From contig MU053881.1 of the NCBI GenBank assembly GCA_013239625.1, positions 14,374,373 through 14,438,372 on the forward strand: 64,000 bases of DNA, given 5' to 3'. The position numbers and the translations under genes were made by a program. Source of the stretch: Lama guanicoe. Lineage: Eukaryota. Below are positions 50,340 through 64,000 of the stretch, piece after piece; the stretch's first letter is position 1, and every line of letters begins with the position of its first letter. The notes under the pieces were generated by a model that was given only the letters and a program-made list of their open reading frames with translations, was not told where the DNA came from and ran no database searches.

Positions 50340-53300
50340 CACATCATCCATTTCTTTATTATCCTTCAGATTCTAAAACTTCCTCATGACACAATGTATA
50401 GCCATTGATTCCAGTCTGTTTATTGGAACTTCTATCCCGGTTCAGTGGCCGACTTTTTTTTTTACATTTATTATCAAAGACTTAGAGTCACAATAAATAC
50501 AAGTGACAACCTCCTCCCCTCAACCAAAACAAACCACCTCCCAAATATCCTACACTAGTGTAACTGTCTAGTACACCTTTGTTAAGGATTATAAAACTTA
50601 AGCGGTCCTTTTAAAAAAAAAGCTCAGTCCGAGTTCTTTAGGCAAACACCATGTGCAGCATGACTAGGTATCAAAGAAAAACCCTATGGCAGAGCAGCAA
50701 GGACTATCTTTCATTATTTACACCCCTGTGATGAGAATTTATCATATAGAAAACTCCTCCCCATGTCTCTGCCCATAGGAGAGTGACACGTGGGACACAG
50801 GAGCCACAAGACACAGCAGGGGTGTATTGTCGCCTTTCATTCCCTCTGCACTAGAGTGAGCTTTTGCTTCATGTAGGTCTTAGAGCAGACAGGAGCAGAG
50901 CCATCCCCGCACCCACCACCTCCCAGAGAAAAGCCACTCTTGACCATATCAAAGGTTTGGGTCCCAACAGCACACATGGGATACTGGGGACTGGACTCCC
51001 CACAACATGGTCAGGATGGCCAGAGCCGTGGGCAGCTCCACGTAGACACATTCATCTGTGTGAGCATCCACGTGTACATGCAGGCCCACATACATGTAGC
51101 CGTTTCAGAGCTGCTCCCCCCACCGTCAAAATGGGGAAGTAAGCTCAGTGAACCCCACACCCCAGTTCATATAACAGCTGAGGTTCTGAGCAGTTTCCAG
51201 TTGCTTTTGGGGGTCCCTATCACACATTACTGGGGATTTACAATCTTCAGTTGGGACTGGGGACTCCCACATTCTCATGGCTCCAGGGAACCAGGTCCTC
51301 TCAGCACAGGCTCCCAGAGCTGTGGCTGATTTTGAGGGGTGGGCTTTGGGACTGGGAGAATACCCTTAACGTCCTTCCCAAACCCAGAGGTATTTAACGC
51401 CTTTTCTTGTAACATAAATTTCATCACAGAACCACTTCATTTGGGGCTTATCACAGAATTTACAGTGCAAAGGGGAAACTCAAGGGGAAAAAAAGGAGAA
51501 GTTTTGAGACAGTAAATGAACTAATAAAGATTAAGGCATCTCACCTTCTTGACCCCTTTTTTAAAAAGCTACATTTACATCACAGCAAGTCCTTCCTATG
51601 GGAATGCTTCCAGAAATGCTGGGCTGGAGAAGGCAGAGGCAGGGTCAGAGCCTGGCCATCCTGCCCTCCGCCTGTGATCAGTTTAGACTGATCAACAACC
51701 TGGAAAAGTCTGGCCAGGTGAGGTGAGGTGGTTCCTGAGCATGGTGGAGAGTGAGGTTGAGGGAGATGGGGTTGGGAGCCAGCGTGTGTGGCTTGGCTCT
51801 GGGCCCTCGAGTTACAGACCCAGTCAATCCCTGTGGGGGTGCAACAATCGTGGTGCACCTCCCAGTGCAGAGGTGACCTTGGCCCAGACACCTGATCCCG
51901 ACTTGCTGCATAGAACTGAGGTCAGTTTGCCAGGGGAGGCCAGCTGGGCACTCTTTCTTGGAGGATTTGGAAAATCTGGCCCACGTCATTAAACAGACAG
52001 AGCTAACAGCTCAGAGTAGTATAAGACAGGTATTTATTTGCCAGGCACACAGAAAAATGCGAGGAATAGAAATGCTTGCATACTCTTGATTTTTTGGTGT
52101 AAAAACACACCGTTCCCCACCCCCCTCCTGAAGGTCAATTTCCCTCCTTTCCCCCAATTCCCTGGATCTTGGAATGAAAGCCACCCTTTTCCTGCCCTCC
52201 CCTCCTTCAGCCCATCTACGTTATGCACTCAGAACAAAAATCAGTAAGAAACTTAGGTTTTACACAACAAAACATTAGAACGTTTTGCAAAACTAGGTCT
52301 TCTGCATGTCAAAAATGCTTTCTAAACACTGATACACAACATGAGAGGGGGGTTAAATGAGCCTTTATTAGAATGTTGCAGCAGTGTAGTCAAAGAATAT
52401 GGCCCTACAAAATAAGGATTTTAAATTAAGTCCCTAACTGCATGGATAGGAAAACCAGGGCTGGGGCTGAAGTGGGGAGCAGCGTACCCCATCTCCACAC
52501 GCATGTGTGTGCACATGACACCCTGGCACCTGCACAGAGCTGGCTCGTGTGCAGCACACACATAACAGCTTCTGCCTTTCCTCATGGACTGATTTTCAAG
52601 GAGTGGGAGAAAACAAACCAAAACACAGCTAAGAGCAGACCTGATCCTTTGTAAGACATTTCTGTAGACTCTAGAGGGTAAAAAAACAAAAACAAAAACA
52701 AAAAAACAAAACTGAAGGCAAACCCTGGCAGCATGGCCCTGCTTCAAGGGAAGGTTCTAAACTAGACCCGAACATAAACCCTGAAGTCGGGGGGGGGGGC
52801 ACCTCCCCACCAGGACACACCTGACAGGAGCACAGGCCAGGGTTTAGGACGTTGTCCATCAAAATAAGTAGGAAAAGAAAAGGAGGATATTTAATAAAAT
52901 AAACCACCACAACAACAAAAAAAAACACAACAGCCAGCCCCTCCAACTTCCCACTCAGGCTCTGGATGTTGCTGCCAATTCTCTCTTCCCTCCTCCACTG
53001 GTGGCGCACGGCTTCCAGGTTCCCGGGCTCTCTGGCTGGGTCTGGGTTGCAGTTTGTTCTTCTGCTAAGTGTGGAAGGTCGGGGGTCTCCGGGACGAGCA
53101 GCAGCAGAGGCCTTCTGCTGGAGCACGGGCTGGGTGGTCTGCGGCCCACCCTCCAAGGCATGGGGGCCGTGCCTGGCAGGGAACCCTGGGTCTGCACGGT
53201 TTACATTAAACTCCATCATCGTGAGGTGATTAAAAAAAAAAATCTGTCAACCTAGAGATTGCCATGAAGGAAGGCAGTCAAAGATTAGGAGGCTAAGATG

Positions 53301-53704
53301 GGGAAAAGCAAAAACAAAACAGAACGCTCCACTCAACTTCAGAAGCCCCGGGCGCCAGTCTTGCCCGAGCATGTCACAGTGTCTAGGGTGAGCCGTCCAT
53401 GGGGGCCGAAGGGGAGCGCCAGGAGCAGAACCAGCCCCCAAGGTCCGTTTTTCTGCTGGTGTTGGGCAAACTAAAGGCAAAGAAAGGAAGAAAGCCCACG
53501 GGAAAGGTCCCCCAGTAATAATCCTGGTCCACCTGTGAAGCGGCAACCCCCCAGCCGCGACGAGCCAAGATCGGAGCTCTCACTTCTGCAGCTGGGCCCG
53601 CGTTTGCTCGCCCTCTTGGGGAGCAGGGTGTCTTCCCAAGTGGAGGGTGGTGGGGCCAGGTGGGAGGGAGGAGGGAGCCTGTTCTCCACCGGGCCCGGCT
53701 CGCA
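50340..53704 (-). other. GATAD2A: GATAD2A long 3'UTR with multiple AATAAA signals
   Basis: TTTATT at 52364, 52033, 50467, 50419 and 50355; GU-rich element downstream of 50355. Confidence 0.7.
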
Positions 53705-53835
53705 CTATTTCCACGTGGCCGACTGGGGGATGGAGCGTGGCGGGATCATGTCCAGGAGGTACTCCCGCTGGCGGTCCACAGCTGAGGAGGTCTTGTGCAC
53801 TGCCAAGCTTGGGCTGACGAATGCAAGGGCCCCAC
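53705..53835 (-). CDS. GATAD2A: GATAD2A last coding exon
   Basis: [42 protein letters not shown]; 131 bp. Confidence 0.96.
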
Positions 53836-56184
53836 CTGCAACAGAGCAGAGCAACAGGCCACGACGGCACCAGTCGGAGAAGGCTCCTGGGAGAACCCCA
53901 GCCTCAGCTGGGCCAACTGAGCATGGATGGTACAAATCTTATCCTTGAAGCTGAAGAGAGCTTATTAACTCAATTGCCTTTACAATGTTCCCAGCCTCTG
54001 CCACAGTAGCCCTACATGTGGGGCAATAATCAGAGATTCCATCAGCTACCAGAACTATGAAAACTGAGGTGTTAACTGCAGTGCTACTTAAAACAGCAAA
54101 CAACTACAAATGACTGAACTGTGCAACAGGGCAATCCAGTATGATGGAATACTATATAGCCTTTACAACCTATCTCATCCTCAAAGAGTTTTTTAATGAC
54201 ACGGTAACATTCTCTCATTAAAACATTGAGAAGGACACAGAATGGCAAATACAGCATGATCCCTCTGTAGGACACATCCTGTTTTTTCTTTATTATTTAC
54301 ATGCTGGCCTTTACACACACGTGACATGTGAGTGAAGAGGCAGACCGGGGTGAAGTCCCTGTGTGCAGCAGTTGCTCTCCTGGTGTAGATGACAGCTCCT
54401 GCCATTATCCTCTCTCCATATTATCCACATCTCCAGTCAACACATAATCACGTTTATACTTGGAAAATGAAGAAATGACCCCACCTCACCCTCCCATCCT
54501 CCAACCAGCACACTTAGGTTCTGGGCTGGCCTGGGGGTAAGGACTGCCCTGGAGTCCCAGCTGCAGCAGGGACCAGTCACTGTGTCACCAGAAGTATTTC
54601 TGGTGGGTTAATATATTTTGTGGAACAAGTGTTCCAAAGTCAAATGTACCACAGAGCCCTCCCTGTGCATTCAAGGGCAGCACTCCAGAAACCTGCTGGC
54701 CAGGTCCTGCCCAGTTTCCCTCAAACTACCATCCAGAAAGCCAGGGTGACCAGGAGTGCTAGCAGAACTCTTCTGAGAAATGCTGTTCTTAAGCCATGAC
54801 ACTTTTACCTCCAATCCTACAAATAGTTGGACACAGCAACTATTTATGCCTTCACATTCCCTTTCAAACATTACCCTTAATGCGCACAATTTTCACACAG
54901 TTTTCTATCTATCACTGCGTATACACATGGACACTCGTATTTTACTTGACCCACTTATTTCATATACTTTCAAATTTCCCATGAAAGGAATTTCTGACCC
55001 GCTGGGAGTTCTTAGCTATAATCTTAAACATGCTGAGCAAAAGTATCTCTGCCTGGTTTGTTTACAAATGCTCTATGATCTCTGAAGAAGGCAGCTCAAA
55101 TTCTTCTGAAGTTGGATGAACTTGCCTGAGCTTACTCTCCCCTGCGAGGTCTGATATTTGGGCGTGTTTCTAACTCATGGTCAGCTGCATGCACAGCTGG
55201 CTCTGTGTTCTGTTTGCACAGACAGCCCAGCTCTCCCAGTTCTGACTAGTGAGATGGACCTCACAACAGTGCCTCTCCTTCCTACAGGGATGCAGCGACC
55301 ACGGAGGGCAGGGGAGACAGGACACTCGCTCCACTGAGAGCTCTCTCCCATCTCCTCCTCTCAGCGCTTTGTGCCTACATTTCACTTTCCCGTTTTTGAT
55401 AGACACAAGAAATATTTAACTTCCATCTTAAGACCAGCAAATAATAAAAAACAGGAAAAATGGTGTGGGGGATGACCCAAGGACAACCCAGGAACAGTGG
55501 GGCTGTGGCAGATTGGGGAACAACCACCTAAGGGTCTCCTCTCCCCCAGGCTGCTCCTCAAATGCCAGCTTCTCAGAGGCCTTTGCTGCCCACCTCAATT
55601 AAAATCCCAGTTCCCGTCCCAGGGTCCCTCTCCTCCTGCCTGCTTTCTCATTCTATTTTGTACTTTGCACCACCTGACCTGTTCAAGGTAAAGGGCAGGA
55701 AGAGGGTTCCCACAAAGCAGGGAATGAAGGACACTGGATAAGCAAGAAATGAAGCTAGTGCACCGAGAAAGATACACTATAACAGCAAAGAGAGGCATTC
55801 TCTGCAGCAGGAGGGGTAGGGGGTGAGCTGGCGAAATGAGCATCTATGCTTATAGAGTCCACTGATCTTGGATGGCACTGCCTAAATTGGTTCTGCCACC
55901 AGTTTGGGGTCAAGCGCTGAGAGTCTGGGTGTAGAGGGTGGAGACACGAGGGTGATTAGTATTCACACAGGACTACCACTTGCTCAGGGATCCTATTTAG
56001 TGAATAGAAGAGACGAAGCTGAAGAATCAGAGGCAGCTGCTCTCAGGAAGCAGGTCTGTGGGTTCAGGAACCTTTGTGCCATTTCCATTCACTTGTGTGT
56101 GTGCACACGTCTTTGTTAAAAATAAGGAAGGGATGGACCCAATCCCAGCAAGGTCCCCGCTCTGAGCCCCATGGGGCTGCCCAC

Positions 56185-56380
56185 CTGTACTCAGGGGCGC
56201 CTTCTTCCAGTTGGAGGTGGCGTTGCCTTTGCCGGCGCTCACGGCTCTCTCGGAATGTCTGCCGGTCCTGCTGACAAGGGCTGTGGCCGAGGCTGCATTC
56301 TGCAGTTTGGGTGACTGGCTGAAAGTGTGCAGGATGCCTCGGGGCGTTGTGGCCGAGCCCCGGGACAGCTGGCTGGAGGC
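56185..56380 (-). CDS. GATAD2A: GATAD2A exon
   Basis: [43 protein letters not shown]; 196 bp. Confidence 0.94.
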
Positions 56381-56680
56381 CTACAGTGGAGAGAGGGTGC
56401 AACAGCTCATGTGGGGAAGGGGGCAACAGAGGGCAAGATGCTCAGCGCAGCCTCTCCTTGTTCTGGCTGACCTCTCCCCACCCACACGGGATCCCTAAAG
56501 TCCAAAATCAGGAGACTAGGTAAGTTACACCGAGGCGCGGGGGGAAGAAGGAAGAGAGAGAGAGAGACAAACAGACAGACACAGGCAGCGTGACAGTCGG
56601 CGACGGACGTGGTCACGGTCTGGGGCGTGAGGGCTGGTTGATGGCGCGGTGCAGGGGGCTTCCGGCACCGCAGTTCTGAC

Positions 56681-56755
56681 CTGTAGCACAGCCCCGTTAC
56701 TCCAGTCGCGGGCCTCTCCTGAGCGGAACGCCAACTTACGCCGGGGTTTTATGAC
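56681..56755 (-). CDS. GATAD2A: GATAD2A 75-bp symmetric (cassette-type) exon
   Basis: [25 protein letters not shown]; tag|..|gtcaga; phase 0-0. Confidence 0.9.
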
Positions 56756-57276
56756 CTATACAAATGGGGGTTGAAATCGAGGTCAGCACTGTCCAGAGGC
56801 TGGCCTAGGGTGACCTAGAGTGACCAAAGGGCAGCAGCGTGGCTGCATGAGGCCCAGTCCCCACAGGATAGGAATTTCCTGAGGGCAGCACAGCTACCCA
56901 CTACATAGGGATCTTGAGAAGATGTGTTTATTAGTGAGTTTCAAAATGACTTCCAAGAACACAAAAAAATTGGGGTGGGAAAGCAAAGCAATTAAAAAAA
57001 AAAGCAGCCAAAAAAAACCACTTGACTTCAAACTTGCTTCTCTCCTTAATTTAGCTAGAACATTTCTTCCAAACGCCCCTTTGTATCTCAATGTGGCTTT
57101 CAGAAAAGTCCTTTTAGACAAGAAGCACTTGTCAGCCGGCACACTGCAAGTGAAAGCTACAAAATCTAAAGAAACTGCAAATTAGTATTTTCACCACCAA
57201 ATGCCACCATTAAATGCAATTTAGATGCACAGTTAACAACCAGGCAGATGATCGCCGAGTGTGGGAGCGAATGTCA

Positions 57277-57717
<441 letters not shown>

Positions 57718-59461
57718 TCAAAGGAACAGTGACATCACAGCCAGAGCCCCTACCACCCTCAAGGTGGGATGCAGATGCAGGTGGAGCAGGGGCAGCATCC
57801 TGGGCCATGTGGTTAATGATTGTTCATTCAGCAAACACGTACTGGGTGCCAAATGTGTGCGAACACTGGGCCAGCCTCAGGGAAGCTTTGCTGGCTGAAG
57901 CAAGGTTGAAGCACTTTAGAAAACACAGTGGGTTAGGCATCCTTGGTACCAACTCTCAAAGATGTTAGTGCTGTCAGCTTTGGCTTCTCCTGAGTCTCTC
58001 CTACCCACAGTGCAATGTGAGACCTCACAAGCAGCGTTTCCAACCCTTCTGTACTGCATCACCAGTGGAGAGGGAACAAGGACCACTCCAGGCCCCACCC
58101 TGTTGTGACAGGCACCCTTACTAGTGGGCAAGTTAACTAAGGACTAGTAGCCTAGGCGAGTGCTCATTCCGACAGGCACTGTGCCTGATGCCCTGTGGGT
58201 ATCAGGGTGTCCAATTCTCACAAGAAACTCCTGAAACGGTACCCTCACCCCACTGTCCTGGGGAAGAAACCGAGGCCAGAGAGATGAAGTAACCTGTGCA
58301 CAACCAGTCAGAGGCGGGGCCAGGATGCACACCCAGTGCCCTGGGAGATGGGAACTCGGCATCACCTTAATCAGCCACAGGAGGGGTGACTGGGGAAGCC
58401 ACAAAAAGCGCCCACTCAGCTATGGGGTCAATATTTTTGCCACTGAATGTGCAATAAGGGGTACCTTTTGCATTTCCCCCCTATCTTTCTGTGTTCAGCA
58501 CTCAAGAGTTTAATTGCCTCTTGGTACTATGGACTCTTGGTGCTGAGAGACCTTCAGCCTCCGCATCCCACCTTGGGTCTGCCCGAGCTGCCCCTGACTG
58601 CAGAGAAGCTGCGTGGATCTGACTCTAGATCTGACTTCTAGTCACTAAATAAACAGACAGGATGTCACCTGTCCAAGCCACCCCCAGCTCCAGCCCCAGC
58701 CTATAGATAACACACTCTGGTAAGAAGTGTTCTCCTTCTACAAGTCCAGTCCCAGAGGACGTGGTACCTGCGTCCAGTCCACACCAGGCAGCTAAGGCCT
58801 GCGTGACCAGTGCCATAGCAGAGACATCTCAAGCAGGATTCAGAGCCTCCACCCACAGTTAGGTCCTATTTTGGCAAAAGGAGAGAGTGACTGACCCGAG
58901 AATGAGAACAAGCAGAGACAGACTGATTTGAGAGAGCAAACGGCCAGCACAGGCAAGTGCAGGAAGGGCGGACCTGGTGTCCTGGCTCGGGCCTCCTGCC
59001 TGCCGCACCAGCCTTGCAGCAGCAATTTTGCCAGCTCTACCTCATCACAGAGGAGGCATTAAAGGGATCCAGACACACCCAGGCTGTGTCAGAGCCCACA
59101 TCCCTTCCTACCGGCCTGGCTCTGAGGCCCTACCATCCCTTGAGACAACCTGACAGGTAGAGTCCACCAGGCCATCCCCTGCCCTAACCAGGTTATGGCC
59201 CTGCCGCCTCCTCAGCCCTGAGCATCTGGTAAGATCACTGGCTGCCCAACACATGTCACCACAGCTCAACCCCAGGGTGTAAGGTCTTCAACTCAGCATC
59301 TGCTGGAGGCTCCCTAAGGGCCAATCTGGCCCCCCATCTCTGGATCCAGTGTCACTTTTGATCACTACACTATACATGCCCTTTTATTCCTAAAACCTCC
59401 TAACCTACAGGTGTGCTTTCCAAATCGCTTCTAAGGAAGGTAATAAAGTGAACCTGGGGCC

Positions 59462-59590
59462 GGGGGAGGGTCCAGCTCAGTGGTAGGACGCACGCTCAGC
59501 ATGCAGAAGGGTCCTGGATTTAATCCCCAGCGCCTCCATTAAAATAAACAAACCCAATCACCTTCCCCTCACAAAGAAACGAAATAAATA
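59462..59590 (+). mobile_element. tRNA-derived SINE (Vic-1 type, more diverged)
   Basis: GGGGGAGGGTCCAGCTCAGTGGTAG..AGCATGCAG..GTCCTGGATTTAATCCCCAG; TSD-like TGAACCTG. Confidence 0.75.
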
Positions 59591-60008
59591 CAATGAACCT
59601 GATCCAGGCACGTGTGTCCCTCTCCCACTTTGGGGACTCAGCACTCAAAGCTCCAGAAAGTTCTATCCTTGCATGATGACCACACACTTACCTGAGAGCC
59701 CAGTCTGGAAGTAAAGCCTGCCAGACTCCTGCAGACTTCCTCCTCGCCTCCCTCTGTGGCACACCAACATCACAGGGCCATTGCCACTTGTTCCCCTGGA
59801 CACACGCTAGGGGTCTCGGGCCTCATCAGGACCCAGCTCTCAGAGGTGGCCAAATCAGAAAGAAGGTGCCTGTGATATGTTTAAAAAACTATCCCAAGCT
59901 CATAGTAAGTGAAGAACTGATGACAAAACATCCTTCATAACACGTCCCAAAACAGCTGTGAGTACACAGAGGGCGTGCCAACATGTGCCTCACATCAGAA
60001 ACAACCTA

Positions 60009-60458
<450 letters not shown>

Positions 60459-62191
60459 TTATAAAAGTAACCCCGAGCTGCCTGGGCAGGCTACAGGAAA
60501 AGCAGTATTAAACTCATCGCTCTACAAGATGACCAATCTTATAAATACATTTGTTGAGGTCTAGACAATATCTAATAAACCATAACTTTAAAGTCTGTAA
60601 TTTGCTACGCTTGGCCACCTGAGGACACGCATGAAGCCATCACCATGACCAGGATAGTGGGTACCTCCCAGGCAATTGCCCACACCCCCGGCCCCACCCA
60701 GAGACCCTGGCCACTATCTTGTCACTATGGACTGGCTCTCTTTCTAGCAGAGGTCTGGACGGCCTGCTTTCTCAAAAGGTTGCAATGGTGGCTCACTGTG
60801 GCATCAATGGCATTTCCCTCATCTTTGCGTGGCTCTGCCCTTCACCCTTCTTGACCATCACTGCTCCTACATTACTTTATCATCTTCATCTGGACCCCAG
60901 TGACTGACCCTTCATCATCTCCTTGCTCCAGGCCACCTGCCCCTCAACACTTTCAAATGCTCTTCCCCAAACCTGCAGTTGACCATGCCAGTGCCCTTAG
61001 GTTTGTGGGGCTGAGAACTCTTACAGAAATCCAAGAAAAGTTGGGTATACATACCATCCTCCGGAAAATGCACACACCTGACAACCTGTACCTAACACAT
61101 CATGGGGCTCAAGGAGCCCAGGATACTTCCCTAAGACCCCGTCCAAAGGGTCTCCAGAGCCGAGCAAGACTCCCTGATACAGAGGATGCCATCACAAGCA
61201 CCTGGGCCTGGCCATTCCGGTCGCTGACCAGCCATTTCTTTCCTTTCCCCCTTGCAGGCTCCCCTGGCCCCACAAGGAGCAGTCACAGGCTCCACTGCTG
61301 CCTGCCTGGTTCCTGTCCTCACGGCACAAGAACAGGGTCTGGCACACAGCAGGAATTTCATAAGCGTTTATGGAGTGGATGAAACTGCCTACACAGGTCA
61401 GTCTTTTGCTCTGTCCAGGATCCTCATTTGGGTGGGAGGACTGGACTTGAATCTGACTTTAGAGGAGGGAAGGACGTTGCCCAGAGCGCTGCTGGCCATG
61501 CTCTTAACTGAGAAAGGCAGGCAAGGACGCACCATGCCAAAGGAGGAAGAAACGCTAACTCGCACATCAACAAAAGCCTTTGCAGACCCAGTAATTTTAT
61601 CTGCCAATGAGGAACTTGCTTCCATCCTGCTACCCCTTGTTCCATCGTCTCTGCTCTGTTGGGTGGTGACAAACCCTTCCATCTCAAAGGCTCTGCAGAG
61701 AGGTGAAGGGACACAGAACCAAAAATAGACGCACTGGTGCTGTGAGGACATCTGCAGATGTTCTGCCTGCATGCTTGTGCCTGTAGGCGGGGAGGGCTCC
61801 AGTGCACCTCCCCACCCCAAGCAGGTTCTCCAGGTCCATCGGACACCTCACCTGGCCTCATCTATCCCCTAAAACCTGCTGTGTCCCACAGGCCAACTCT
61901 CCCCACCCTTCAACCTTCCCATATCTCAGCTCACCCTGAAATGTGCACCCCTCACCCTCTCAGCAGCTATCCAGCTCCGCTGGATGGTAGGTAGGAATAC
62001 AAGACTCCTGCTCATGACATTCACGTCCCAAAAGGCTCCAAGGAGCTACAGTACAAACTTCTATGGGGCTGGATTATCCAAGGCCTTGCCTGGCCCCCAG
62101 GGAGAAGGCAGGTCACACACCACGGAGACATGACTATGTCCCAGGACTGCAGGCCATCACAGGGGTAGCTGCACACATACGCAACCCTCAC

Positions 62192-62359
62192 CTGTGGGAT
62201 GTTAACGAGCAGACTAGTGTTGGGGACATTGGCGACGCGGATGAGGCCCTGCTGGATGATCCTCTGTCCCTGAATTTGCACACTGGGCACCGATGCCCGG
62301 GGAGCCAGGAGGAGTGGCGGTGGCCCCGTGCTGGAATGTTGTCTGATGTTGTGGATTTG
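62192..62359 (-). CDS. GATAD2A: GATAD2A exon
   Basis: [56 protein letters not shown]; 168 bp. Confidence 0.95.
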
Positions 62360-62523
62360 CTGTCAGGGTGTGGTGGGGAGATAAAACGGTAAGAGGGATG
62401 ACAGAAGAAGGCACAGAGAAAAGGTTCCCAAACAGAGGACTGGGTAAGGTCTCTCTCGAAGGTGGATGGTTGCTTGGGGCTGCCTAGATGCACCCCTGCT
62501 CCTTAAGCACTTGCTCTGCTCAC

Positions 62524-62655
62524 CTGGGCCCCCCTGACGAGCGGGGGCATGACGACCTGTGAGCTCGTCTGGGGCCCTAACTTCGAGGATGTCTGCTGCC
62601 CGCCACGGACCAGGGGTGGTGGGATGACACTGCCAGGCATCCGAGTTGAAGAGGT
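62524..62655 (-). CDS. GATAD2A: GATAD2A exon (PPPLVRG motifs)
   Basis: [44 protein letters not shown]; 132 bp. Confidence 0.95.
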
Positions 62656-63323
62656 CTGTCAACAACACCAACTCTCAGATCTTACATGGTTTTTTAAACA
62701 AACAGGTTTGCTGTTTTTATAAAAGTACATGCTCATTACTAAAAAGAAAAAGTAAGGCTGTAGAGAAAACAAAAGCCAAAATGCGTATTCTAAACACGAA
62801 AGAACCAGGAACACAGATTTTGGCAAGAGCCATGCAAACCTGGGCTCACTCAGGTCACGGTCCTACCACAGCAAGTCTAGCTAACCAGGACAGTACAACC
62901 TGCCTGGTATGAGCTGGGGGTTCGGGCCTGTTTGAAGGGAGGTGGGCCACGGCCAGAGCTCTGTCCTACAGCCAGGAGCAGGAGCTCTGCATCTCACCCT
63001 GTGGCCAGAGGAGGCAGTGAGCTGTGCTGGGACAAGGCCCATTGGGCCCCACAACTGCCCTCAGGGAGTCGAGCTGAAGGCAACCTAGTATGCCTAGGAT
63101 CTTGGTCCTCTCTCTAGCTTCACTAGGGACAGCAATGGGAGGGGCACTCAGAGCTTATGCATGATTTGTTTAAGATGTCAATGGGGTTTGGGTGTGGGAA
63201 CATAAATATGCTTTATTTTGGGGGCTGCGGCTGGAAGACTTCATTTCAGTCTAATCAGAAGGGGTGGCCTTTTGCAGAAACTGGATCAGGACTGCTCAGG
63301 AGGGATGCAGAGGGAACACTGAC

Positions 63324-63413
63324 CTGAAGCGATGGCTTGCTGGAAGGAATGTTCTGGGTGCCCCGTACAAGCGGGGGAGGGGTGGTCACGGAGCTCCCAG
63401 TGGAGCCTGCGGG
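63324..63413 (-). CDS. GATAD2A: GATAD2A exon (most 5' in window; gene continues beyond 64000)
   Basis: [30 protein letters not shown]; 90 bp. Confidence 0.94.
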
Positions 63414-64000
63414 CTGCAAGAGAACAGAACACAAGAGAAATGAGAGGGCCACCAACCCTGCTCCTCCCACACGTAATTCTGGCAGAGGAGCATTGCTTTT
63501 TCTCCTCTTCCAAAGGCATCAGGCTCTCAAAGATTCTGCTTCCCACCAGCCAAATTCATTGCAGCAGGAATTGACATGTTTGGAAAAGGCAAAGAAGAGA
63601 TTTGCCAGCACCCCTTACCCGCCCCCCCTCAAAGGGACTTGGCATCACCGTGGTTCAGGTGCCATCTCTGCCCTCTAGGGGACAGGAAAGGCTGGCTGGT
63701 TGTGGCTGTGGCTGAATTAAGGACCCAGGTCTGGATAGGTTAATCCCAACCTTAGTGAGAAAATGCTGGCACTTCTTAAAGTCACATATGCCACTAGAGG
63801 AGGAAGAGTAACAGACTCGGTCACCTCACCAAGTCTTAAGCAACTGACAAGGAAACAAGTACTGAGCAGGCTCTATCCATCAGGATATTAACAGATGCCA
63901 GACTTTGTCCATTTGTTTACTAGGTGCAGGTGGGAGCTCAAGCAAATCCCCAAGTCAGACCAGTAAGTGTCCTCCTGTCTTGCTCCCTTAAGGGAACATG

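Overview
Mammalian genomic DNA, most likely camelid (four tRNA-derived SINE insertions of the Vic-1 type). It is syntenic with human 19p13.11 but reversed. Gene order: PBX4 (+, coding exons 3-8, exon 3 broken by an N gap), about 11 kb of intergenic DNA, CILP2 (-, 8 exons, 1156 aa), YJEFN3 (-, 6 coding exons, 249 aa), NDUFA13 (-, 5 exons, 144 aa), intronless TSSK6 (+, 273 aa, head-to-head with NDUFA13) and the last 8 coding exons plus long 3'UTR of GATAD2A (-). Exon boundaries were read by hand from splice signals and phase; gene names and human comparisons come from recalled protein sequences, not a search. No prokaryote-type system (CRISPR, operon) is present, and most track ORFs are GC-rich noise. 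I cannot demonstrate a new biological system. The best leads are: a phase-compatible NDUFA13-YJEFN3-CILP2 read-through chain; an NRF1-motif cluster in the TSSK6 3'UTR; RFX X-boxes at the two testis genes; a duplicated PBX4-intron segment with a coding-like substitution pattern; a GC/GT tandem donor, a dead exon-2 homologue and an exact 221-bp duplication in YJEFN3; and a convergent CTCF-motif pair around CILP2.
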